Shown here in pieces: positions 7,535 to 17,400 of a stretch of DNA of 64,000 nucleotides. The notes under the pieces are model-generated. The model did no database searches and was not told the origin of the DNA. It saw nothing but the letters and a program-made list of their open reading frames with translations. The DNA comes from Eubacteriales bacterium. Its GTDB lineage: Bacteria > Bacillota > Clostridia > Acetivibrionales > JANLFN01. Made by a program: the position numbers and the translations under genes. The stretch is from assembly GCA_024655885.1 (NCBI GenBank), contig JANLFN010000003.1, positions 158,792 through 222,791 of the forward strand, in the 5' to 3' direction. Each line of letters begins with the position of its first letter. Within the stretch, counting starts at the first letter, position 1.

Positions 7535-8759
7535 AAATGAATTCGTGCAGCCTGGCGGAAGTGATTACCACCGCCCTTTCCCTTAAGGCCCCATACAGTT
7601 CAAGGGCTTTCCCGCCTGTGAAATCCCTGGTTTCAGGCGGATCATCCTCTATGATCACCAGCTTTTGCGCATACTCCGCCGCCTCCAGGTTTCTCAGGTT
7701 CTGGCTGCCGAAGGGCATGCTGCACAGGATGGTTATGTCCGCCTCCCGTATTTTTTGTATATTGGCTTCCACAGCCGAATCGCTGATATCGCAGAAGGGT
7801 TCGGCGGCGATATAATCCGCTCCGAACACCTGGGCGCACATCAAGTCGCTGTCCCCATGGCTGAACACCCCCGCCGACAGCCGGTAGCCTTTTTCAAAGA
7901 GGTAGCGTATGACGCCTGAGGCCGAGCCTCCCCCTCCGATGATGTGGACCTTTTCCTTATTCCCGCTCTGCTCCCTGTCGCTGATGTAAAAATCCATCAG
8001 CCCCGTCAGGGCATTCTGGAACACCAGGGCTTTGACCCCATAGGCCCGGTGGATGTTTTCGGGGGTAAATACCTCCCAGGGGGATCCGTCCGAAATAACG
8101 GCCCCCTCCTTCATGAGCACCAGCCTGGAGCAGTAGCGGGAAGCGATTTTCAAATCGTGCACTGCGGCAATGACGGTTTTTCCGGTCCTCTGGAGTTCCC
8201 GGGAATACTTGAAAATCTGCTCCTGGTGCGTGATGTCAAGGCTGGCGGTGGGTTCGTCCAGCAGCAGGATATCGGCCTGCTGGGCCAGCACCTTGGCAAA
8301 CAGCACTCTCTGCCTTTCTCCTCCCGAGATTTGCGTAATGGCTTTATTCTCGAATACAGTGGTATCGGTATAGGCCATGCTCTCCCTTGCAATCCTGAGG
8401 TCTTCCTTGCCCTCCCCCTGCATTCTTTTAAGATGGGGATACCTTCCCATCAGCACAATGTCTATGGACAAAAAGGGATAAGATATCTCGGTGTTCTGGT
8501 GCATCAGGGCAATCTCCCTGGCAACTTGCTTATCGCTTAGGCTTTGGATGTCCTCCCCCTTGACTTCTATCCTTCCCTGGGCCCTGCAGATGCCGTTGAT
8601 GCACTTTAAAAGGGTGGTTTTTCCTGCGCCGTTGGGGCCTATAAGCCCCACAAATTCCCCTTTATGAACCGTCAGGTCGATGCCCTTCAGAATGGGGACC
8701 CCGTTGATTTCATAGCGGAGGCCCTGGACGGCAAGGGCAATATCGCTGTTTTGCGTCAC
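7533..8759 (-). CDS. BtuD/FepC-type ABC importer ATPase fused to an extra ~140-aa C-terminal domain of unknown function.
   Basis: Walker A GPNGAGKTTLLK, ISGGERQRV, LLLDEPTASLD in the first ~260 aa. The C-terminal part begins KVHIIGGGGSASGVIRYLFEKGY. 4-nt overlap with the permease gene. Confidence 0.8.
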   Translation of the reverse strand: MTQNSDIALAVQGLRYEINGVPILKGIDLTVHKGEFVGLIGPNGAGKTTLLKCINGICRAQGRIEVKGEDIQSLSDKQVAREIALMHQNTEISYPFLSIDIVLMGRYPHLKRMQGEGKEDLRIARESMAYTDTTVFENKAITQISGGERQRVLFAKVLAQQADILLLDEPTASLDITHQEQIFKYSRELQRTGKTVIAAVHDLKIASRYCSRLVLMKEGAVISDGSPWEVFTPENIHRAYGVKALVFQNALTGLMDFYISDREQSGNKEKVHIIGGGGSASGVIRYLFEKGYRLSAGVFSHGDSDLMCAQVFGADYIAAEPFCDISDSAVEANIQKIREADITILCSMPFGSQNLRNLEAAEYAQKLVIIEDDPPETRDFTGGKALELYGALRERAVVITSARLHEFI

Positions 8760-9811
8760 AGGGCGGCACCTTCTTTCCTGGCCTTATTCAGCAGGTACAG
8801 GAAATAGGGCGCCCCCACCAGCGAGGTCACTATGCCCACCCCGATTTCGACGGGCATGAACACCACCCTGGCGGCAAGGTCGCAGCCCACCAGGAAAACC
8901 GCCCCCGCCAGGGCGCTGGCAGGCATGAGTATCCTGTTGTCCGGGCCTACGATAAGCCTCATGATGTGGGGGACAATGAGGCCTACAAAGCTGATGTTCC
9001 CGCTGACGCATACCGCCATGGCCGTTGTCACCGAGGTAAAGAACAGGAGGCGTTTTCTTGCGGCAAAGGGATTCAATCCTACCGACTGGGCCTCTTCCTC
9101 CCCCAGCAGCAGGATATTCAGGTCCCTTGAAAAGGATATCAAGATAATGACACAGAGGGCCACAGGAACAGCCGCCAGGTTGACGTGTTCCCACCTCCTG
9201 GCGCTCAGGCTTCCCACCGACCAGAAAAGGTATTCCCTCAGCTGGTACTCGTTGACCCGGGTGAGGATGAGGGAGGTAACCGCCCCCAGGAAGGTGCTCA
9301 CCGCAATGCCCGAAAGGATGAGGGTCAGTACGGGTATCTTTCCTCCCTTGGAAGCCAGCAGGAAGATGAGCCAGGCGGCCGCCAGCGCACCGGCCGTGGC
9401 AAACACGGGCATAACATATACGCTTCCCGAGGTCAGCCCCAGGGCAATGGCCGTTACGGCCCCAAGGCTTGCTCCGCCCGACACTCCGATAATGCCCGGG
9501 TCGGCCATGGGGTTCCGGAACATGCCCTGCATGACGCAGCCTGAAGCCGCAAGAGCGGCTCCCACCAGTACGGCTACCAGAACTCGGGGAAATCTCACAA
9601 AAAATATGATGGATTCCTGGCTGTCGTCAACGGAAGGGGCCTTTAAAATTCCGTAATTCTTCAGTATAATCCTGACCGTGTCCCCAAAGGGAACATAGAC
9701 GGCCCCTATGGCAGTGGCCGCCACAATTATCAGGATAAGCGCCGCAGACAAAATGAAAAGCACCCGCATATTTTTACTGCGGTCCCTCACAGCATTTGTT
9801 TTATTCAACAT
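8756..9811 (-). CDS. FecCD/BtuC-family ABC importer permease.
   Basis: 351 aa, polytopic, with the typical FecCD stretch GAALAASGCVMQGMFRNPMADPGIIGVSGGASLGA. Confidence 0.85.
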   Translation of the reverse strand: MLNKTNAVRDRSKNMRVLFILSAALILIIVAATAIGAVYVPFGDTVRIILKNYGILKAPSVDDSQESIIFFVRFPRVLVAVLVGAALAASGCVMQGMFRNPMADPGIIGVSGGASLGAVTAIALGLTSGSVYVMPVFATAGALAAAWLIFLLASKGGKIPVLTLILSGIAVSTFLGAVTSLILTRVNEYQLREYLFWSVGSLSARRWEHVNLAAVPVALCVIILISFSRDLNILLLGEEEAQSVGLNPFAARKRLLFFTSVTTAMAVCVSGNISFVGLIVPHIMRLIVGPDNRILMPASALAGAVFLVGCDLAARVVFMPVEIGVGIVTSLVGAPYFLYLLNKARKEGAAL

Positions 9812-9952
9812 GCTTTGTTTTCTCCAATCGGTCTAAAGAAAATCATCCCGCGGAAAACAGGGTTCGCCGGTCAAACCAGGCCATACCGCGGGCTTTTTTC
9901 CTAATTCAGGCGCAAAGGCCCTTGTGAAGACGGGTCCGGGGCCCCCGTCTCC

Positions 9953-10969
9953 TTATTTGAACAGCTGCGGATAGGCCGCCTTTGCGGCATCTTCCACCCC
10001 AAGGGCGATATACTGGGATATGGCGGACATGTGCTTGTCCGGCAGCAAATAAATCCTGTTGTTTTTAACCGCCTTCACCGAGGCGAGGCTCTTGTCCTTC
10101 CTGATCTCGTCGGCAAAAGCCGCAGGGTCCTGTTTTTTGTCATAGGACCACAGGGGTAAAAACAGCACATCGGGATTGATTTCTACGATTTTTTCCTTGG
10201 AAATCTGGGCGTTGGGCTCCAGCCCCGCTTGTGCAGCCGCGTTGATAAGCCCGGCCCTGGTCACGATATCGTCAAAGGTTGTCCCCTTGGAACTGGTACT
10301 TCCGTATGAATTGTAGCTTAGAACGGTAAGCCTTTCCTCCGGTTTTAAGGTTTTTACCTTTTCTTCCACCGCATTAATTCTTTTATCCATATCCTCCACA
10401 ATTTCCCGTCCCTTTGCCTCTTCGCCCACAACGCGGGCAATTTCCATCAGGGTGCTCTTCTGTTCCTCAATACTGTTGGCCGTCTTATAGCAGTACACGG
10501 GAATTTTGGCGTCCCTCATCTGCTGTATGCCCTCTTTTCTCATCCAGTCCGCTGCAAAAACAATATCGGGCTTTAAGGATATGACCAGCTCAAGGTTATT
10601 CTCCGCCTTCAAAAAAGCCCCCGCCCTGTCGGCGATGTTGGAAATTCCGTCATCCTCGGCGATCTTGCCCGAAAGCGCCTTGATCCGGCTGCCGTCCACC
10701 AGGGATAAAAGCATTTCATCCGTCCCCAGGGTCAGGGAAACAATGGCCTTAGGCTTTTTGTCGATGGTCATTTCATATCCCGTCGAATCCTTCACTTTCA
10801 GGGGAAAAGCACTTTGCTCCGCTGCCGCCGGAGTTGAGGGCTGCCCGCTGGGCTCCGCAGCGGTGGATTGGCCGGAGGTGCCTCCCTGCCGGGAACCGCA
10901 CGCTGCCAGCATCCCCGTCAACAGCAGGAGGACGGCTGCTGCCGCCGCCATTCTTTTTGCTTTTAACAT
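9953..10969 (-). CDS. BtuF/FecB-type (class 8) substrate-binding lipoprotein, first large gene after riboswitch RS2.
   Basis: Lipobox LTGMLAA|C. PBP pattern KPKAIVSLTLGTDEMLLSLV...PDIVFAADW. The start is placed at ATG 10969 (AGGAG 9 nt upstream); the ORF track start is 10978. Confidence 0.8.
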   Translation of the reverse strand: MLKAKRMAAAAAVLLLLTGMLAACGSRQGGTSGQSTAAEPSGQPSTPAAAEQSAFPLKVKDSTGYEMTIDKKPKAIVSLTLGTDEMLLSLVDGSRIKALSGKIAEDDGISNIADRAGAFLKAENNLELVISLKPDIVFAADWMRKEGIQQMRDAKIPVYCYKTANSIEEQKSTLMEIARVVGEEAKGREIVEDMDKRINAVEEKVKTLKPEERLTVLSYNSYGSTSSKGTTFDDIVTRAGLINAAAQAGLEPNAQISKEKIVEINPDVLFLPLWSYDKKQDPAAFADEIRKDKSLASVKAVKNNRIYLLPDKHMSAISQYIALGVEDAAKAAYPQLFK

Positions 10970-10995
10970 CCTAAACATCTCCTATATTATGAAAT

Positions 10996-11112
10996 TTAAA
11001 TGGACACCCCGTTTTGGGTTTCCATATAATTGCCCAGTTCCTCCAGAGAACTTGTTATGATTTCATATACAAGATACTCGGACTTTACAAATTCGATGAT
11101 GCTTTTTAGCAT
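10996..11112 (-). CDS. Possible 38-aa small ORF between the RS2 terminator and the binding-protein gene.
   Basis: ATG 11112 to TAA 10996, encoding MLKSIIEFVKSEYLVYEIITSSLEELGNYMETQNGVSI. Its only SD-like element (GAGAGG, 7 nt upstream) is the 3' arm of the riboswitch terminator. No homology evidence. Confidence 0.2.
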   Translation of the reverse strand: MLKSIIEFVKSEYLVYEIITSSLEELGNYMETQNGVSI

Positions 11113-11390
11113 TATAAAACCTCTCAACTTAAACCGTTAAGAGGTTTTTGGAATCAGCCTTTCGGCCATGCAAAAAACACCCCCTATCGCTCGTAGAGTT
11201 TCCGGTGTATGGAAACAGGCAGGTCTTCTGGCTCAAGCCTCATCACCCCCTCTACTTTCCCGTTTTACCGACGGCATTTCCGGGGGACTCCTCTTTTACA
11301 GCGGCGGGACCGCGCGGGATTCTCACCCGACTTCCCTTTTCACCGGCCGGTAATTACACTTTAATCACGGCCGGCACCTGAATCCTTGCT
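11113..11390 (-). promoter_or_regulatory. Cobalamin riboswitch RS2 (aptamer ~11178-11386) with terminator hairpin (11117-11150).
   Basis: B12 box AGCCAGAAGACCTGCC = 11218-11233. The core GGGAAGTCGGGTGAGAATCCCGCGCGGTCCCGCCGCTGT is identical to RS1, and the terminator stem is the same as in RS1. Confidence 0.9.
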
Positions 11391-11512
11391 TTCAATTTTA
11401 TACATTATAAAAACCCTTCTGTCCTACATGGACAAATTTGTTACAAACCATTCCTACGTAATTAATTACATTCTACCAATTTCAATGGCAAAACTCAAGC
11501 ATTAATCCATAA

Positions 11513-11573
11513 AAGACAAGGGGACGGTTCTTCTGTCTGACTTAGTCAGACAGAAGAACCGTCCCCTTGTCTT
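11513..11573. repeat. A-type perfect palindrome A2 (29-bp arms, 3-nt loop), REP-like.
   Basis: AAGACAAGGGGACGGTTCTTCTGTCTGAC-tta-GTCAGACAGAAGAACCGTCCCCTTGTCTT. It sits between the stop of the 966-aa SLH gene and the RS2 promoter region. Confidence 0.85.
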
Positions 11574-11583
11574 TCCTACTAGC

Positions 11584-14484
11584 TTACAGCACCAGCTTAT
11601 ACAGCCGGTACAGCATGACGGCGGTCTCCGCCCGGGTGGCATTCTTCCCGGGAGCGAAGCTCCCGTCCTCCATGCCCTTGATGATGCCTTCCCGCACCAG
11701 CGCCGCCGCGCCGGTTTTCGCCCAGGAGGCGATGTCCTGCCGGTCCGGGAAGATGTTCAGCTGCTTTTCGTCCCCCGGCCGGTACCACGCCTGCTCCAGC
11801 ACCTTGCCCATGATGGCCGCCATTTCCTGCCGCGTGATGAAGCCCTCCGGGTCAAAGGCATCCGCTGTCTTTCCGCTCACCAGCCCCTTTTCATAGGCTG
11901 CCGCCACGGCGCTATAGTACCAGCTGTCCGCCTTCACATCCTTAAAGGGCAGGCTGCCGGCAGAGGTCCCCTCATATTTCATCATCCGGCCGATCAAGGC
12001 GCAAAATTCGGCCCGGGTCACGTTGGCAAAAGGGTCGTAGGCGTCCTCTCCCTTGCCTCTGATGATTCCCTTGCCCGCCATGACCGCCACCGCGTCCCTG
12101 GCCCAGGTCACCTGCTCGGCATCCCCGAAGGTCCTGGCGCTCTCCTTCACGAAATACCGGCTGAAGTGCCCGGTGAGGAAGTTCACCGTCCTGGTCCGGG
12201 CATCGTAGATGCCTCCCACCGGCTCGGTGCTCCCGTCCTCCTTCAGCAGGAAGACCGTCAGCCGGTCGCCGTTCTTGACGCTGCCGGTGTAGGGAATGCT
12301 CACCCGCATGGGCTCCTTGAAGCTCTTGACAACGGTGCCGCCCACTCTGGCCTCCAGGTTCACGATGACGCTGCCTTTGGGCACCTGGGCCTTGGCGCTC
12401 TCGGACAGGTCGGCGTAATCCACCTTTTCGGCCGCAAGGCTGATTTCCTTCCCCTTGGCCGCCTCTCCGAAGGTTCTGGAGGTGAGGTCGAAGGAGGCCA
12501 CCTCGGTGGCGATCTCCACGGTATCCGCCTGCTTGAGCAGGCCCACCGCCTTGGCGTCCAGCTTCACCGCCACCGCGGGGGTCTTCTGCTCCGGCACCAC
12601 CAGGGTCACCTTCTTCTGCAGCGATTTCAGCTCGTCCTCGGTGAGGGTACCTGCCTTCTTTATTTTGTCCAGTTGGTCGCTGAGGCCCTTCAATGCGGCG
12701 GACAGCTCTTCGGTGCCCACCAAAGCGGTGGCTTTCCCGTTTTCCACCTTGATTTTATCCTTGCCGATTATCACCTTTCCGGCTTCATTTAAAAGGTTTT
12801 TCACCGTGTCCACAGCCGTAGTCTCTCCGGTAGTCGCAACCTCCCCCGTGGTATTCGACGCGTCGCCCTTGACGGTGACGCTGACCGTCTCAGTCTTTGA
12901 AAGGATGGGGAAATAGTAGGAGCCGTGGGTGGAGTTCTTGTCCAGCTTGACGGCATAGACCTCATAGGTGCCGGGGCTGTCCATCTTGATCTCCACTGTC
13001 CCGTCGGGCCCCGTGACGGCGCGTTCGGTGCCGCCTACATACACCGAGGCCCCTTCAATGGTCTTGGTGCTGCCCGATCCTCCGTCCCAATTGTTGTTGG
13101 TCTGGCCTGTCACCTTCACCTTGATCGTGCCTCCCGCATCCAGGCTGGTGGGGCTTACACCGATGCTGCTCCCATAGTAGGCATACAGGTCGGTATAGTA
13201 CCAATCCACCCGGTCCCCGTCCTTGATGGGCCACACCCCCGTACCTTGGTTGATGACCTTGTTATTGACCCTCACCATCCAGCCGCAGGTGATGTGCTCG
13301 TTCCGGAAGTCGAACTCCTCCTCTCCAGCCATCCGGGCCACATAGTTGTCGTTGGACTTGATGAGGTTGTCCCGGATACCGGCCTCATTCCACGCCACAA
13401 TGGTGGCCAGCAGGACGGTGGCTTTGGAAAAGCTGTGGGAATTTCCGTCCGGGTCGGTGATTTTGTATTTCCCGTCGCTGGTCCTGTACTTGGAAGGGTC
13501 GAAGACCACCGTGCTGTTGTAAATGGTTCCCTTATACCCCTCAATACGCATCTGTACATGAATGTTGCTGTCGGGAACCGGATTGCCCGGGTCATCGCCG
13601 GTGGGCTTCCCCACCCGGATGGACACCGGTACCGGCCTCACCAGGCTGCCGGAGGAGGGGGCGGTCACGTAGTAGTTGCCCTCCTTTGTTCCGGTGAAAA
13701 CGGCCTGCCCGTTTTGGTCGGTGGTCTTGGAGACGCTGTCGAAGTACAGCGTCTGACCCGCCGCCGGCGTGAGCGCAGTGCCCTGCACCTTGTTCAGGGT
13801 AGCTGTAAAAGAACCGCCCACATCCACCCGGAAGGCGGAAAGGGTGATTTTAGTGAGCACCGGGTCCCACAGCAGGTCGTCCACCAGCACGATTTCATCC
13901 TTGTCCGCCAGCAGGGCGGAGGGGAGGGTCATGCCTCCCGTGCCGTTGACCAGCCACTGCCAACCCTCCTCCCCGGAGATGGTGTCAAGCATGCCCTGGT
14001 TCTCGGTATAGGTCACGCCTCCGGCCTCCAGGGCCTTCCTTACCGCTTCCAGCAGGGTGGTCTGCCCCACCAGGATGTCCACCTGGGTCTCGGGCAGCAG
14101 GGTCTTCTGGGCTCCCTCCACCCGGACAGTGACGGTGCCGTCGGCGGAATTTTTAATGGTAAAATCCGGCGGCTGTACGGTAATGCCGTTGCTGGTCAGG
14201 ACTGTCTTATAGCTTCCCTCTTCCATGGGAAAGGTGAAGGAGTAAGCCCCGCTGCTTTTATCCGAGCGGGTTTGGTCCATATAGCACTTTTCACCGTCCA
14301 CAGTGCTCTCCACAATCAGGGATACATAGGTATCCACTGTGGTGTTGCCGGTAATGGCCACCTGCTGCCCTTCCACCTGGATGTCGGCGGTAAAGCTGTC
14401 GGATGCCAGAGCCGGCGGCACTGTCCCAAATATCAGGACCAATGCCAGCAGCAGCGGCAGAATGATTTTCTTTACGGTCTTCAT
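11584..14484 (-). CDS. Secreted SLH-anchored protein with two DUF4430 modules and Ig-like/coiled regions.
   Basis: AGGAGG SD and a signal peptide ending PPALA|SD. DUF4430 signatures GWQWLVNGTGGMTLPSALLADKDEIVLV and CGWMVRVNNKVINQGTGVWPIKDGDRVDWYYTD. Three C-terminal SLH repeats (VTRAEFCALIGRMM, ITRQEMAAIMGKVL, ATRAETAVMLYRLY). Confidence 0.85.
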   Translation of the reverse strand: MKTVKKIILPLLLALVLIFGTVPPALASDSFTADIQVEGQQVAITGNTTVDTYVSLIVESTVDGEKCYMDQTRSDKSSGAYSFTFPMEEGSYKTVLTSNGITVQPPDFTIKNSADGTVTVRVEGAQKTLLPETQVDILVGQTTLLEAVRKALEAGGVTYTENQGMLDTISGEEGWQWLVNGTGGMTLPSALLADKDEIVLVDDLLWDPVLTKITLSAFRVDVGGSFTATLNKVQGTALTPAAGQTLYFDSVSKTTDQNGQAVFTGTKEGNYYVTAPSSGSLVRPVPVSIRVGKPTGDDPGNPVPDSNIHVQMRIEGYKGTIYNSTVVFDPSKYRTSDGKYKITDPDGNSHSFSKATVLLATIVAWNEAGIRDNLIKSNDNYVARMAGEEEFDFRNEHITCGWMVRVNNKVINQGTGVWPIKDGDRVDWYYTDLYAYYGSSIGVSPTSLDAGGTIKVKVTGQTNNNWDGGSGSTKTIEGASVYVGGTERAVTGPDGTVEIKMDSPGTYEVYAVKLDKNSTHGSYYFPILSKTETVSVTVKGDASNTTGEVATTGETTAVDTVKNLLNEAGKVIIGKDKIKVENGKATALVGTEELSAALKGLSDQLDKIKKAGTLTEDELKSLQKKVTLVVPEQKTPAVAVKLDAKAVGLLKQADTVEIATEVASFDLTSRTFGEAAKGKEISLAAEKVDYADLSESAKAQVPKGSVIVNLEARVGGTVVKSFKEPMRVSIPYTGSVKNGDRLTVFLLKEDGSTEPVGGIYDARTRTVNFLTGHFSRYFVKESARTFGDAEQVTWARDAVAVMAGKGIIRGKGEDAYDPFANVTRAEFCALIGRMMKYEGTSAGSLPFKDVKADSWYYSAVAAAYEKGLVSGKTADAFDPEGFITRQEMAAIMGKVLEQAWYRPGDEKQLNIFPDRQDIASWAKTGAAALVREGIIKGMEDGSFAPGKNATRAETAVMLYRLYKLVL

Positions 14485-14499
14485 CGTTCATCCTCCTAT

Positions 14500-17400
14500 C
14501 TATTGTGCGCCGTCCGGGGCTGCGGCTCTCCCGGAGCTGCCCGAATCCCCCGAACTCTGCTGCTTTTCGAGAATGGCTTCCGACAGGGGCCTTGGCCTCT
14601 CCAACTGATCCCATACCAGCACCTTGATGCCGTATTTATCCCTGTCCGCCTCGGGTATCCTGTAGAAGCCGTTTACCTTCCCGGCCTCACCCGGCAGGAA
14701 ATCCCTGTCCACATAGGAAATATGGACCACCTTTCCGGTATCCCTGCTATAGACAATGACAATAAATACCGCTGATTTCTGTGCACCGGAGGTATTGGTC
14801 GCACTGACCCCCAGGTCCTTGCCCTGGCCGCCGGCGCCGCTGTCCGCCTTTGCAATATCAAAGTCCTTTCCGGCAACAGCAACCCGCCCCTGGCCGAAGA
14901 TCTCGGCTTTATCCTTCAAGGAGGCCGTCACGACAACCTCCCCCGGTTCAAGAGCTTTTAGCCTGGCCGCCTTGCTTTCCTCGTCTATAATGACAGACGC
15001 TGTGGCGGGATTGCTCACTTTCCATGCCACCTTGTCATCCGGCACGAAAAATCCCTTCTGGTCCTTGGCCCTGAGCCCGAAGCTCTGGCCCGCTTCCAGC
15101 ACCAGGTCCCCGGGATAGACCTCAAGAGAGGTGATGTCCTCCGTGCTCCCGGCTCCCGCGTATTTTATTTTATAAAAGATGGTAGAAACCCCTTTCGAAT
15201 AAAACTGCTTCAGGGCCGCCATGGCCTCCAGGGCCTGGTCGCTGGCCATGCCCGGATCCTCCGTTGTCATGTGCATGAATACGCCGCTGGAGGTCTGGAA
15301 GCTGAGCCATCCGGTGACGGCATTGCCCCGGCTCTTGGTAAACTGGGGACCCTGAGGGTCTATGCCCCAGGCGGTGATTCCCATGATCACCTGGGAGCAG
15401 GACTCGGAGTTGATGGTCCCCCAGGAGCCGAAGCGCCCGTCCTCCTGCTGGTTTTTGCTCAGCCAGGCGATGGCCTTTTCTCCGGCCGCTTTCACGTCCG
15501 CTCTCTCCCGGTAAGGAGCTAGAGCGTAAAGGGCCATGGCCGTCATGTCCGGGTCGGGAGTGCCGCCGCCGTAGGCCCAGCCGTTCCCGTCGGCGGTCCT
15601 GTTGTCCAGGATGTACTGGATGAACTCCTCCCGGGTATGCCTGGAGCCGGCGGGTATTTCCGCATTCGCCGCGTCCACGCCGATGAGGCCGAAGACAGCT
15701 GCGTTGATGCCCTGCCCCATGCCCGAATAGTTGAGGATATTCTCCATCAAATCAATTGCTCTATCCGCCAAAACTGTCTCCGGATCATAGCCCGCTGAAA
15801 CCACGGCGATGGCTGTGCGCTCATAATCGGTCATAAGAGTTCCCAGGTTGGCCGCATTTTTTTTCAGCCGGTCGATATAGGTCTCCCCGTTGTCCACATA
15901 GGGCTCTTTGTTTATATCCTCTCCGATGGCGTTAAGCGCGAAGGCGGCCCAGTCTCCAGGAACCCCTTGCTTGCGGAACCAGGAAAGCGTCCGGTCGATG
16001 GCCTGGTTGATTTCATCCACGCTCAGCTTCTTCACCTCGGGCAGGCCGACGGTGAGGACCAGCTTCCCTGAAATATCGGGGAACCGCTGCAGCCTGACCT
16101 TGATCTCGGCACTGCCTTCTTTGACTCCCGTAACCGTCCCGTTGCCGTCCACAGCCGCCACAGCCGGCAGGGTGCTGCCCCACTCCAGGGCTTCCCCCCG
16201 GAGGGGTAGCCCGTCTATGGCTGTTATCTCCGCTTTTACTGAAAGCGTGCTTCCGGTCAAAAGCTTGGTGGAAGGGGCCGATACCGTAAGGCTTAGACCT
16301 GTGGTACCAGGGAGTACCGAAACGCTCAGGCTGTCGGCCACGCCGGGATTTTCTCTGGATGAGACAGTGATGCTCGCACTGCCGGCCTTCCGGGCAGTGA
16401 CAAGTCCTACCTCACTCACCGAGGCCACCTCCGGATTGTCGCTCTTCCATTCCAGGTCCGCCCTGTAGACCCTCCGGCCGTCTGCGTCGGTTATGTCCAG
16501 GCTGGGGGTAAAGCTGCCGCCGGGGAGCATGGCGGCTTGCCCGTCCTCCAGCCTGAGCACCGAGGCCTCAGGTGCATAGGAGGTGTCGGTGAACTTCAGA
16601 AGGGTTGCTTTTACCGCCGTGTCGACAGAGCCTGCCAGCTTATGGCCCACGGAATACAGTTCTCCCGAAGGGCCGTAGCAGGATACCCCGGACAGGAAAT
16701 AGCCCGTGTCCCCGCTCTTCTTGACAAAGCTTCCGTCGGGAGAGAGGGCGTAGATGCTGTCGCCCATGGTCACCAGCACCGTACCGTCGCTGTCCACCAT
16801 AGGGATTCCCGGAAGCCTGCGGTTTAACACATTAAGCAGCACTTCCTCTTCGGGAGCAACGCTTTCGGTCTCCTCCCCTGTTGCGGCGTCAAGCACGTGC
16901 AGCACCTGGTCGCTTGTTACGCAGTAGAGCCTGTCCCCGAATACGGCCGGGTCGTACCAGCTCCTGTTCTCGTCCTTTATCCATTTGACCTGGCCGTCGG
17001 GGCCCATGGCCAGGAGATTATCATAAAAACCTCTTGAACCATTAACCGTTTTTCCCACACTCACATACAGCGTCCCGTCCTGCCCCACGGCCATCCGGGA
17101 TTCTCTTGTTGTATATGGATATGCACTTGAGGTATACATATAAATATATCTATTCTCTGGAAGCTGTTTATACCATTTAAGGCTTTTGGACGACGGGTCC
17201 ACCGCATTGACGATGGAAGAGCTTCCCACATAGATGGTGCCGTCGGGCGCCACCGCCGGGGTGCTGCAGCTGTAGGCGCCGTTGAGCCTCACCTTCCACA
17301 GCGCCTTGCCCGAGGTGTCGACGGCGTGGAGGTATAGGTTCCGGGTGGCCACGTAGACGGTCTGCCCGTCGGGAGACAAGGCCGGCGAGGTGCCTGGCGC

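Noticed and set aside
12925-14775. 616-aa plus-strand ORF. The same applies to 17877-19682, 25440-27524, 31626-32720, 37393-38490, 39056-39772 and 42827-44161.
   Set aside because: All lie antisense to long, well-supported minus-strand genes in GC-rich DNA. Their translations are Gly/Arg/Pro/His/Leu-rich low-complexity strings with no motifs, SDs or signal peptides. These are shadow ORFs.
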